Assembly (NCBI GenBank): GCA_964016885.1
Contig: OZ024743.1
Coordinates: forward strand, 283,154,001-283,218,000
Direction: 5' to 3'
Origin: Eledone cirrhosa
Lineage: Eukaryota
Length of the DNA stretch: 64,000 nucleotides
The first letter of the stretch is position 1. Each line of letters opens with the position of its first letter. Below, in pieces: positions 23,660 through 36,224 of the stretch. The translations under genes and the position numbers were made by a program. A model generated the notes under the pieces. That model searched no databases, had not been told where the DNA came from, and saw only the letters and a program-made list of their open reading frames with translations.

Positions 23660-26432
23660 GCTGTTCTGCCAGAGATCGGGTCGCAAGTGGTGAATAGTGA
23701 TACAGCTACTAGATATTATGGTTAGTTTCAATATAAGTGAGTTTCTGCTGGATGAATAAGCAATCTTGAACTAACAACAGTAAACTTCTAGGGGAGATAG
23801 AGCAATGGGGGATACTGTTAGCTCCCAAGAAAACTCTCACAACCTTGTGACGTATCTATGACAAGGCAAGTAAAGGCTGCCTCTAAAAAGCCTAGTCTTT
23901 GTGGGTCTGAGAAAAGTATCAAATTGGCGGCTGGTGTGAATAAGACCACCAAAACACTGCAATATGGCCAGAAACAATAAAGGCAGTCATACTACATCGT
24001 CCTTTGCATGGGAAAAAAGGGATGTGTTCTGGCCTTAGGTAGAGGGACCTGTTAAAAAAATATATTGCAGTCTCCACCAAATGCTGGAAGAACTGGTGAG
24101 TGATGGGCCTGCGACCAGTCCCAGGAGGCGTGGGATGGATGCACAAAAGTTACGTATCCCAAGACCACAAGTAGGGTTTGGAAGGAAGCAAATATTGACA
24201 ATTGGTAACTGGTATGTTACAACCCTTATGGGTAAGGAGAAGTGGGGGAGGCCAGATGCTACCAGCTAGATATAGTCAGCATTTTCTCAACAAATTGCTG
24301 TGGCTCTGGTACTGTGTATGTAGATGGAGGATGGAAACTCCACTATTCAGGTGTGGTATCAGAAATGACTGCACAGGTGGGAATGGGAGACTCATTCACA
24401 AGCCCCTGGCTGTCAGATTGTGTTAAGAAGTAGATCCCAATGGGAGGAAGGATTTGCTCCTTGAAGCTTAGGGTGACAGAAAAGTATCTGTGGGTGTGCA
24501 AGTTTATGTGCCAAACAGTGAGTCCAAATACAGATCCTGCTTTGGTGAAGTCATTGTGGAGCTAGATGTAGTTAAGACTGAGTCATATATCCTAATGGAA
24601 GACTTCAATGCACATGTTAGCACTGACTACATGACATGCAGAGAAGTAATTGGTAGGAATGGTGATCCCAATCTAAATACAAATGGAGAGGCCTTATTAC
24701 ACTTGTGTACTAGTAATTGGCTCTCTATTATAAACACTTTTTTCGAGCACAAAGACATCCATAAATACACATGGTATAAGAGGCATCAGGAACGGAGACA
24801 ATAATTTATTTTGTTATTGTCACTGATTTCTTTGATTCTGTGCTGGATGTTCGTGTTAAGAAAGGGGTTGAGCTGTCAACTGATCTCCATCTTATTATCT
24901 GCAACCTGAGACTATCTAAAACCAAGAAAGTCTACAAAACTGGCAGGTCCAGCTAAGCCTACAAGATAAGGTGGGAAATGTTTGTGGATAAGGAAGTCAA
25001 GACCTGGTATGTGGATACTAATGCATTTGAATTCAGAGAACTTCCTGAGCAAAAGTGAGGACATTGAAATGAAATGCAGACAGTTCAGCGAAGCAGTTTC
25101 TGCTTCCACTGTTAAATGTTATGGGTGAAAGCAGTTTGGTGTGGCGCCATGTCGCAGGATGACCCTTTGGTTCAATCAAGTGGTCAAAGATGCCAACCGA
25201 GCAAAGAAGGAGGCCAACAAAGCTTGGCTTGGAAATAAGTCCTCCTTCTCGTGGTTTACGCAGGCACAAAGAATCGCAACAGAGACAGTAAAGGCGTCCA
25301 AAATTTAAGACATGAGATGACTTTGGGATTAAGCTGGAATTGAACTTTAGATCAGCAAATAAAGTATTCTGGAAGACCATTTGCCCACTTTGTAATAAGA
25401 AATCCTCCTCCACACCTACTATCAGGAATGTGTCTGGGGTTCTCCTCTCTTCAGAGAAGTGCATCCTTGTGAGATAAACCTGATCACATCTGATGTGCAT
25501 GAGGTGCATCTGGAAGTGATGACTAACCTCACCTCTCCTGTTCATAATCTTCACAGACAGGATTGACATGTACAGCCAGACTAAAAGTGGTATCAAGACT
25601 GCTGGGTGAAGGATCAATTAGCTTGAATTTGCAGATGACATGGTGTTACTTAATTCATTAGAAAGTGATCTACAATATGCACTTGATAGGTTTGATGCCG
25701 AGTGCTGCACGGCAGGAATGAAAATCAGTACTGCGAAAACAGAGATACTTGTCCTCTGAAGGAAGCCTGCACAGTCCTCTACATGTGAGTGGAGTTTCAT
25801 TGAAGCAGGTGGAGAAGTTCAAGTATCTCAGGGTCATGTACATGAGTGATGGAAGGCAGGAATTAAGTGCAAGAATTGCAGGACGTGGTGCAGTAATGTG
25901 CAAGCTTCAGCATTGAATCATCAGAAAAATGGAGGTAGGTATAAAATCCTAACTCGCTATCTTCAATTCAGTATTCATGCCATACCATACCTATGGTTTT
26001 GAGTGTTGGGTAATAACTGAAAGAATACTATCGTGAATACAAGTGACTGAAATGGGCTTCCTTTGAAGGCTTTTTGGAGTAACATTACTCGATAGAGTGC
26101 GTAACTCGGAGATCGGGGACTCACTCTAGGTAGAGCTGCTACTTCTCCAAATTGAGAAATCACAGCTCCAAATACTATAGCCATGTAGTTAGAATATCTC
26201 AGGAAAGAATTGCTGAACAGATTTTATAGGCAAAAAACAACCAACATAAGACACAGCTGTAGACCCCGAGCAAGATGATTGGATAACATACATGGGCTCG
26301 GCTGATCTTGCTTGGGGATCCAGCCTGTTCAATTGGAGATGGTTGTGTTTGACAGGACCCACTGGAAAACGAGTTTCAGTACTGTGCTCCTACAACCTTC
26401 CCAGGAATGCGTGGCGAAGAAGAAGAAGGAGA
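23660..26432 (+). mobile_element. Heavily decayed non-LTR retrotransposon (APE + RT, RTE-like)
   Basis: QVYVPN, EDFNAHV, NTFFEHKDIHKYTW (endonuclease); FADD at about 25628-25640; KFKYL; RPRAR near the C-terminus; (GAA)n tail at about 26416-26430. Confidence 0.8.
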
Positions 26433-27081
26433 CTTATATTGTCAAATTTCTTCAGAATTACATTTCATCTTTCTGAAGTGGTAAAATTCCAATCATGTAC
26501 TGGGGTTGATTCAATCAACTAACAACTCCAAACAACTTTGTCGTTTTGTGTTAATGCAAGGAATTATTTTCCTTGTTATATTAAGAGTTTAACCAAAAAC
26601 AGCCTGAAACAACTTTCAGCTCTACATTACAAAAGTGTTTGAAAGTGTTTATATTTATCTAAAAACATTCCATCACAATTTCATGTTCAAACTGTTATGT
26701 TATACTCTAAACATCAGATAAATAATGAAACATTTAGACATAATACTAGATCTTTCCAAATTCTTGATTGTTTTCTAAATTCTTTGAAACCCATATTCAG
26801 TGTCTTTCATTAGAAATGTGGTTATGAAATGGTTAAATTTATGTTTCTATATTATGATACCAATGTATAATAATATTTAGCAAAAAAAACAAAAAAACTC
26901 TCATTACATTGACTCATACTCTATTATTACAAATTGCGATACTTGAGACTTGGAGACGAGACATTATTTTTTAATCACTTTGTATAACAAGCATCTGATC
27001 GGTAACTGTATCCAAAGAAAATTAATTTGCAAAACAGTGAAAAACAGAGTCTACTGAAATGAGACAGTTTCTTTCCACTGA

Positions 27082-27487
27082 AACCACCACCACCAGCACC
27101 ACTACCACTTGCAACATCACATCCCCTACCACTACCTCAACTATCACCTCCACCACCACTACCCCATCATCATCGTCACCACCACTACCACTACCACCAT
27201 CATCACCACGACCATTATCATCATCATCATCATCACCATCACCACCACCATCATCATCATAATCATCATAATCATCATCCCCACCAACAACATCACCATC
27301 AGTAATACCACCACCACTAATATCAGTATCATCATAATCATGATCATCATACACATCATCATCAACATCAACATCACCACCCCTACCACCATCACTACCA
27401 CCACCACTTTCATCATCATCAATATCACCACCACCACTACCACCACCACCACCACCACCAATAACAACAACAACATCATCACCGCCA
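27082..27487. repeat. Compound (CAT/CAC/CAA)n trinucleotide repeat
   Basis: Direct inspection; generates homopolymeric ORFs in several frames. Confidence 0.9.
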
Positions 27488-27682
27488 TTGAAGTGGACAC
27501 CTGGGCATGATGATATCTGCTAAAGTAAAGTAACGGTCGTTATTCACATGATTTGTAAGACAGGGTTTTCTGTAGGTCTGCCTGTCTAACATACACATAT
27601 AACATTTTAACATTCTGTAAGCATAAAATAGTCTCATAATAGTTATATCATGTAAACATTACAAGAATGAGCATTCATATAG

Positions 27683-28060
27683 CATCATCATCATTATCAT
27701 TGTTTAATGTCCATTTTCCGCGCTAGCATGGGTTAGACGGGTTGCCCCATTAGAGGCAAGTTGGCTCAAGTGACCATGTCTTGCTCATATAGGACTGTTT
27801 CTGGCTAGATTTCTACAGTTGGATACCCTTCCTAATGGCAACCACATTTGCAGTGTTTGCTGGGTGCTTTTTGTCATGACTCCTACACAACCACTTTACA
27901 GTGTGGGCTGGGTGCTTTTAGTTGTGACACCTGCATAACCACCTCACAGTGTGGGCTGGGTGCATTTTATCATGACATCTACATGACCACTTTACAATGT
28001 GGGCTGGGTGCTTTTTGTTGTGACACCTACATGTCCACCTTACAATATCGGCTGGATGTC
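27683..28060 (-). mobile_element. Non-autonomous RTE-related element with about five ~47-bp modules
   Basis: (CAT)n + tttaatgtccattttccgcgctagcatggg (RTE 3' end, reverse) followed by tandem acagtgtgggctgggtgctttt units. Confidence 0.75.
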
Positions 28061-28414
28061 TTTCAAGATGTTCTAATATCATTCAAGATATTCCTATGTA
28101 TGTATGGATTTGTAACTCCTGGTAAAATCATAGCAGTACTGCAGTTACATATGGTGTATCTTGGGCATTTTAAACTTAGCAAATCTCATCCATTTCCAGG
28201 TCTGAACACAGCCAATTTCTTCCAGAGAAAGAGAGAGGGAAAGAGGGTGATAGAGAGGAAGTGAGAAAGAGATATATAGAAAAAAACAAATCAATCCCAA
28301 TACTGAACTGATACTTTTTTGATCAACCTTGAAAGGATGAAAGGCAAAGTTGACCTTGGTGAGATTTGAACTCAGAGCACAGAGAGCCAGAATGAATACC
28401 GAAAAGCATTCTAT

Positions 28415-28685
28415 CCAATGTTCTAATAACTCCACCAGTTTACCTCCAAGATATTCTACTATAGAATACCAAACTAATGTAGTAGATGTTTTCATAACTC
28501 CACCAGTTTACCTTCAAGATATTCTACTATAGAGCACCAAACTGATGTAGTAGATGTTCTAACAACTCCACCAGTTTACCTCCAAGTTATTCTATAGAAC
28601 ACCAAACTAATGTAGTAGATATTCTAATGACTCCACCAGTTTACCTCCAAGATATTCTACAATAGAATACCAAACTGGTGTAGTA
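28415..28685. repeat. ~65-68 bp tandem repeat x4 at the head of a minus-strand SINE
   Basis: actccaccagtttacc recurs near 28428, 28496, 28564 and 28629. Confidence 0.85.
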
Positions 28686-29749
28686 TATAGACTGCTGGTC
28701 CAGTGGGAATTACTACTCAATTTTTAAATCAAAATCTTAATAAATTGGGATACAGAAATAAAACATTCAGAAAAAAAAAAAAAAAATTTAAACAGCTCTA
28801 TCCAGTGTTTCACATACAATTTCTTTGGCCATAAATTGTATTGACACTGGAACAAATACCAAAGCATTTAATCTGGCGCCCTAATGACTCTGCCAATTTG
28901 CCAATTTGTTACAATAAAAAGAGGGTAATTTTTCAAACTTTTACAATAACTCCAGGAAGCATGAAATTGATTCTGTTTTTAGTAGCAATAAAATTTCTTA
29001 CAAAGAAAAGGGTCCATTTATTTATTACAATGTAGTGGGTTTATTTTATATTCATTCATTTATTTATTATTATTATTTTTTTTTACTTTTTCCAGATATT
29101 TATTTTCCCAACTTATTTATAGAATATTAATAGGAACCGTTTCAGCAAGTCACACCCAACTATACGTGTATGTGTGTATGTGCGTATGTGTTTGTATGTG
29201 TGCATGTGTGTGAGTGCTTGTATGTGTGTGTGTATGTGTGGTGTGTGCATAGGAGGATGGGTGCATACAGATATATACTAATACATATAATAAATACAAT
29301 TCTGCTACATGCATGGAGCCACTCTGTCAGCAAATATTGGTTGTTATTTTTATACCTATGAATTTATAACCCAAAATTAACGTTTATGTATAAAAATATA
29401 CATAGCAGAAAAAAAATGGGCATTTTGCCACCCTGCCATTTTCCTTTGTCTTCATACACAGGACTGTAGTCCAAATATATTTTTTCTGCTTTACTCCTTT
29501 CTATTTTTTTCTCATTTAGTCAAAGCTACTGTGCACTGCATGACTATCTCTTCCTTTTCAGTTGAAGCACATTGGTTTGTAGTATTTATTTGCTGAAAGA
29601 CACAACATGTCCTTTGTCTCCCTGTTTTGTTGTGTCCCAATGTGCAACCTTAATACACTGAAACTATAGTGATTTCCAGAGATTGACTGAAGAGAAACTT
29701 TTGTTCGTTTTTCATTGTTATTTTCCATTGTCTTTGTCTTGTGCCACCC

Positions 29750-29785
<36 letters not shown>

Positions 29786-29788
29786 AAT

Positions 29789-29986
29789 GGGAACAAAGAA
29801 TCAGTATTGCATCATATACATATTTAATTACATATTACATATGTTTCACAGTGAACAGCTTGAGGAACGACCGATTCCATAGTCAGGATCGAAAATTCAT
29901 CGATCGTCCCTTGAGCTGATTGGCAGTGAAACATATGTAATATGTAATTAAATATGTATATGATGCAATACTGATTCTTTGTTCCC
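29789..29986. repeat. 198-bp fold-back element with perfect 61-bp arms
   Basis: 29789-29849 is the exact reverse complement of 29926-29986; imperfect pairing continues inward. Confidence 0.9.
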
Positions 29987-30056
29987 TCTTCCCATGAGCA
30001 TCGAGTGCTCATCTTGGCATACCACATGTGGACGCAATTCATTTGCACCTCTGCTA

Positions 30057-30143
<87 letters not shown>

Positions 30144-30179
30144 CGAGCAAGAGATTTAGTTCCACAACAAATTAGCAAC

Positions 30180-33100
30180 CCTTATTCGAGGACATGTTTC
30201 ACCAGAGCGATTTTCAACTCGTGTATGGCGGCGGTGAGAACGGAAGTATATGTAAGCTGGTTGGTATTTTAATGACAAGGGAGACAACTCAAATTAGACT
30301 GTTGTAGGGGGACAACTTTCAAAGAACCATTGTTTGTGTTAGTTCAGCCTGGGTTAGACTTCCGTTTATCATGGGTCCTTCCAGTTATATAACAAAAACA
30401 TTGCAGCATTGGGGCAGTGAGTCAAGGCAAATACTGTTACGAAACTTCTGCAAGATATTCACTCTTTCATCAGTACACAACCTACAGAACACTGCTCCAT
30501 TTTTGTAGGGTCTGGAATATGATTACAACTTTCCATTGAATGAAGAAATTCATGTCTGCATCCGACATGCCTACATATGTTTTGACCTCCTGCTGTTGAT
30601 TTAGCTGAGTGGATGTAACTTCAGCCTCATAGATGATTGTGTGTGTGTTACACTGTTGTTGAAGAGGGTATGATTCTGGCTTTCTGCAAAGGCATCCGAG
30701 TAGGAGAGAGTAGGTGGTGATATGAGCTTTCATATTTTTTATCACAGGGATATCCGAGTTTCACCCTGTATCTATTAAAGATAGTTCTGTATAGGAAAGT
30801 GCTTGTCTAGGAGTGCCAAGAAATTCTTACCTACATTAGTTCTAACTCTAAGTGAGAAGGGTGGGCAGAACCAAATTATTTTTTCTTTCTATCTCTCTTT
30901 ATACTGGTTGTGTGATTAGAAGGGGAGTAAGAAATTTTATCGAAGAAGCTGCTGTTGGTTAACGCAGTAAGGTGCCGCTCTGTCTAGATCGCTTTGTTAG
31001 AAGAAAGATTAGAAATCCTAGTGCTGATGTTTTTAACGAAGTCTTTAAAGACTGTAGGTAGGTGACATGAGTTCTGTGTATATAAGTTAATTTTTCATTA
31101 AGATTGTGGAAACGTCTGAATGTATGTGTGCGACGGTCTATGTTGATATCAGATTAGTGGCTACAGTGATCTTAAATCCTAACTCATTGAACGTGGTTAT
31201 CAGGCTTTACCTAAATCTGTGTCCGAGATTGACGGGTAGAAGTCCACTATGTGGAACTAGGTGAATTTAGCTTTGTAGGTGTTGAAGTAGTTGAACCACT
31301 TGTAGCAGGAGTTGCCTCCCTTGTTGTGACACTCACATCCCCTATAGATTAACGCTCTCTAGACAGGGAGTAGAACCCTTTCTGTAACTTCCGGTCAGAA
31401 CCCTATAAAACTAACAACGTTAAGCTACCTATCTCTCATTCGCCTTTTCGGTCAGGCGCCTCCTGGCCTTCGCCAGGAGTCTTCACTCAGGCGTGTGTAA
31501 CCCTGGCAACCAAGCGGTAACTAATAACTTTGTTTCATTCTCTCATCTACTCATTGACATGTCAACTCTACTGTTCTATATAACCACATATTGTTTATTA
31601 AATATTATACACACAAACCATGTCTCCTTGTTACATTCATACACACCAGTTCATTGTTATAATTGGTGACCCGACGTGATACGAACACGCAGCCGTTCAT
31701 TGTTATAAGTGGTGACCCCGAAAAAAGAAAAAAATAGCAGAATCTGGTGTTGTGTGAGTAACATTACGAATACACAGCAAAATTTTATTGACAAACTATG
31801 AAAATACGCAACCAAGAAACGAACACACCACGCACATGTGAAATTCGCGTTCAGACAGACTTTTTCTCTCACGCATCAACTAACTGTCGCATTTCACGAT
31901 ATATATATATTTCTCGTTTCTTACAACGAACACTTTAAAAACAAACAAACAAAAAAGAAATTTGATTTTAAAAAAAAAACATTTCAACAGGAACATTTAT
32001 TTTCGATGAACCTCAACCATTGCCTTTTTTTCATCGTTCAAGTTTTTTTTCAAAGTTCACACCCAAAATAAAAAAAAAAAAAATTGAACTCGCCATATTT
32101 GTTATGCTAAGTGAAGCCTTTCTTTCTTTTTCATCATTGTCACTTTCACACACACATTTTTTTCAAAATGGCTGCCAACGACCTGTTGCACTATCATTTT
32201 CGCGCCATTTTCTCGCGCATTAGAAATATTATGTTTTCAACTTAACCTTGTTTTGGCACGTGTAGGCAGCAGGATTTCTCGACTCACAGAGATAGCCGCA
32301 CGCCAGAGATAACGTTTCTCGCCAAGGATTTTCCAGCCTTAAGCTATATTCTCCTATTTGCCGGTTTATAAATTTACCACGTAAATTTGCCGTTGAAAAC
32401 TGCGCATTTATTCAGAATGCTTATTTCTTTGGTCGCTGGCCTCTTGACCCTTCCAGGTCAACGCATTCTCAACATCGACCATCAACTTCGACTGTTATTT
32501 CTAGCACTTTGCGCAACTCATTTTTTCTGAAAAAATTTTTTTTACTGTGAATTTAAACATCGAATACGCTCACTCCGCGAGACAACAACCAAAACCAGCA
32601 GAACAAGCCAGAGAATTTATTTTTGCAGCACTCTTCCTGTGAGAAAATCCATTCGGAGGTTGGAAATTTCACGATATACCACAGAACAGAAACCACCTGC
32701 ATTCATTCTCTGGAACACACTTTCTTTCCTACTGTCATGTGATTGCACACCTGTGAACTATATTTTGTACATTTGAACTTTGAGCTCTTCTCTTACTTTA
32801 TTACATTGTATCTTTGGGTGATGGATAGATAGATGTCCAGTCGTTCTCTGGCCAAGAGCGGTTGGCTACCTTGATATCTATCATTGATTTTTGCAAACAT
32901 TATTTTTTTTTTCGTAATTTTTATGTCTGTTACAACATTCTCGCCAACTTGCTACATACGACGGTCTATGTTGATATCAGATTAGTGGCTACAGTGATCT
33001 TAAATCCTAACTCATTGAACGTGGTTATCAGGTTTTATCTAAATCTGTGGCCGAGATTGACGGGTAGAAGTCCACTATGTGGAACTAGGTGAATTTAGCT

Positions 33101-33245
33101 TTGTTGGTGTTGAAGTAGTTAAACCACTTAACAATAGAGTCACTGTTTTCCCACTGGGACAGGTTTGACTTCTATACCGAACTCGTGCTTTGGACTGAGT
33201 GCTCTACCAATTTCGGATATAACCTCCCAGTTTTTTACCACACAC
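30180..33245 (-). mobile_element. Decayed Penelope-like element (RT + GIY-YIG), interrupted by an LTR element
   Basis: Minus-strand peptides [91 protein letters not shown]. Confidence 0.8.
31301..32955 (+). mobile_element. Non-coding LTR element, copy A (5' LTR, PBS and internal region; 3' LTR missing)
   Basis: LTR about 31301-31661 starting TGTAGC with TATAAAA; PBS tggtgacccgacgtgat (tRNA-Trp-like); internal region nearly identical to 54720-55977. Confidence 0.85.
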
Positions 33246-33259
33246 TCTATCTCTCTCTT

Positions 33260-33347
<88 letters not shown>

Positions 33348-33782
33348 ATACCTCGCAATAGCAACATTTCATATGTAATTCGGTTAAACAGACCAATGGT
33401 AAGTTGCGTATGAATACATTGTCACCTTCTCGTGAAAACCACTGTACACGAGAACAGAGAGATGACCCAGACAGGGAAGACGAAAAGACTTATTACAGGT
33501 TAACTCCTGCTATATTCCTTCCAGAACAGTTATCGACAAACCATGTTCTACATTTCGTCAATTGTTCTTCTACGGCTTATTGAGATATTCTATTGTCTGT
33601 ACGGAAAATCAACTTTCGACAATAAATTTATATTTATAGAGGATTGAGCATTAAAGAGACATTTATTTATATCATGGAAGTCAGAAGCATGTCACTGCAA
33701 GTATGAAGCAACAAACTCATCGACTAAGGTATTTTTCTTATAATCGTTTGTAAAAACAAGATCCTTGAAAGATTTCAACTTG

Positions 33783-35590
33783 ACCTAACAAAAGAGGTAC
33801 AACTTCTTCGTTTCTCCAGATCACAATCTCCCCGCAAAATCGCTCGCAATCTCTTCACATCGTCGTTTCCAACCTTCAACATTGCGATCGTGCTGGTACC
33901 ATAGGCGTTTTGGAGCCTCGGCTCATAAATGTATCCAGCCTTGTTCTTTTCCAAACCAGGGAAACAGATCACCGGAGAATTAATCACGACAATCTTGTAT
34001 TGACAGTCGTGCATTTTTTATCACGGATTCCTTCTCGCACGCACGCTGTCTCATTGACATGGGTGCGTCATGCAGCATTTGGCCTTTGAAGCTTTTAAAA
34101 GAAACCTCCTCTCTCACAGATATCACTACAAGCCATCAACCATTCTGCTATCCCTACGTATGGACAAATCTCTCGCTCTTTGGACCTGGATTTACGTAGA
34201 GATTTCTCATGGATTTTCACCATAGCGGATTTGCCATATCCTATACTGGGTGCCAATTTTTTGCATCATTATAATCTAATTGGATTGGCAGTATCGGTAG
34301 AGGGTCGGACGCCATGCTTTCCAGCATAGTTACGTCCCTTTACGATGTGAGTTCAAATCCCGCCGAGGTTGACTTTGCCTTTCATCCTTACGGGGTCGAT
34401 AAAATAAAGTACCAGTAATACACTCTGGGTAATTGCTGGCCTTGTGCCTAAAGTAGAAACAATTATAATCTAATGTTTGATATGTGGACACGTCGTTTAT
34501 TGGACATAACTACGAATCTTTCTGCGCCTGGACGTACTTCAGTAATCCAGTCTATCAGTCCAGTCTTCTACATCGCTGCTTCGGATGACCATTATCATGC
34601 GCTTTTACATTCCTTTCCGGAATTAACTAATCTGAACTTTGCGGTAGATGCCCCTACTCACTCTACCAAGTATTTTATTGAGACTAAGGGTGTTCCAGAT
34701 TTTTCACGCTCACGTTGCCTTTCTCCGGAAAAATTGAAAGCGGCTAAGGCAGAGTTTAATCATATGCTGCAGTTGAGTATCGTTCACCCTTCTTCCAGTC
34801 CGTGGGCCTCATCTTTGCATATGGTTCCGAAACGTTCTGGAGACTGGCGTCCCACTGGAGATTTTCGGAGATTAAATTCGATCACTGTACCTGACTACTA
34901 CCCAGTTCCTCACATCCAGGATTTTGCTTCTTCACTTCATGGATGTACTATCTTTTCTAAACTGGACTTGATCAGAGCATACCATCAAATTCCTGTGAAT
35001 CCTGCGGACATTCCTAAAACTGCTGTCACTACACCTTTCGGTGCATTCGAGTTTTTAACAATGCCTTTTGGATTACGCAATGCTGCTAGTACCTTCCAGC
35101 GATTTATGGACGAAGTCGTCCATGACCTAGATTTTGTATATTGTTACATCAACGATATTCTCATCGCGAGTGCTTCACCGGAGGATCATATCTTGCACCT
35201 CCGCCAACTGTTTGAACGATTTAGGCAGTACCAAGTTCGTATTAACCCTGCGAAGTGTATTTTCAGTGCTGCTTCACTCGTTTTTTTAGGCCACGTGATT
35301 AACTCTGAAGGAATATTCCCACTTCCTGAGAAAGTGAATGCTCTTCAGGAACTCCCTCTGCCTACTTCCTTGCGACAGCTGCGGCAGTTCCTGGGCCTCC
35401 TAAATTATTATCGTCAATTTATTCCGCATTGCGCAGAACTCTTAGCTCCCCTATCTGATCTCCTGCGTAACAGAAAGAAGAACGAACCAATCGCTTTGGG
35501 ACCCATGCAACTCGAAGCATTCTCCAAAGCTAAACAGAATTTAGCAAACGCATCTCTGCTTGCACACTCTTTGTCTGGTGCCCAGTTTTC
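33783..35590 (+). pseudogene. gag C-terminus, protease and reverse transcriptase of the Gypsy element
   Basis: ORF 34473-35618: [48 protein letters not shown] (YIDD mutated), FLGH; truncated before RNase H. GGGAAAC slippery heptamer at the gag end (about 33959-33965). Confidence 0.92.
34281..34461 (+). mobile_element. tRNA-derived SINE with 13-bp TSD inside Gypsy pol
   Basis: TSD attataatctaat at 34268-34280 and 34462-34474; removing it restores the reading HHYNLMFD. Confidence 0.92.
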
Positions 35591-35677
35591 GCAACATACA
35601 CACACATCAGCGTGTTGAAAAAAATCCAAATCGCTCCATCTTTCTTTTTCACGCTCTCTCTCTATATATAGTATAGA
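35590..35677 (-). mobile_element. Isolated Helitron 5'-end fragment, inverted relative to Helitron 2
   Basis: Minus strand A|TCTATACTATATATAGAG..gatggagcgatttggatttttttcaacacgctgatgtgtg matches the plus strand at about 36030-36108. Confidence 0.65.
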
Positions 35678-35777
35678 TATGCCGAGAGTATTGAAATTTG
35701 AATCTTTTAAAAGAAGTGAATCTTGAACTATGCAATAATATTTGTAATATATGTTTAATCATGTGTTACGAAATTTA

Positions 35778-35955
35778 GTAGATAAGGGTTGGACGCCATG
35801 CTTTGCAGCAAAGAGTTACGGCCCTTTATGATCTGAGTTCAAATCCCGCCGAGGTTAACTTTGCCTTTCATCCTTACGGGGTCGATAAAATAAAGTACCA
35901 GTAATACACTGGGATATTGCTGGCCTTGTGCCAAATGTAAAAACAATTATTTATT
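35778..35955 (+). mobile_element. tRNA-derived SINE
   Basis: Same family as 34281-34461. Confidence 0.85.
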
Positions 35956-36024
35956 CAAAGTAATCCAACGTATTTTACAAACGGAATAAAAAATTATATT
36001 CTGGACGCAGTCTCGCGCTCCTTA

Positions 36025-36188
36025 CTTTATTATTATAGTTGAGGAGTGAAAGAGAAAGATGAAGCGATTTGGATTTTTTTCAACACACTGATGTGTGTGT
36101 GTATGTTGTTGTTCTTTGATTTTATAAAATTGCTAGAGCGAGAAAGAGATTGTATGTGTGAGTATATAAAGAGAGGAGTGACTGTGAC

Positions 36189-36224
<36 letters not shown>

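Noticed and set aside
27022-27510. Mucin-like or acidic protein exon
   Set aside because: Trinucleotide repeat open in most frames; no splice or homology support.
29685-29705. Hammerhead core ctgaagagaaac
   Set aside because: No stem II between CUGANGA and GAAA.
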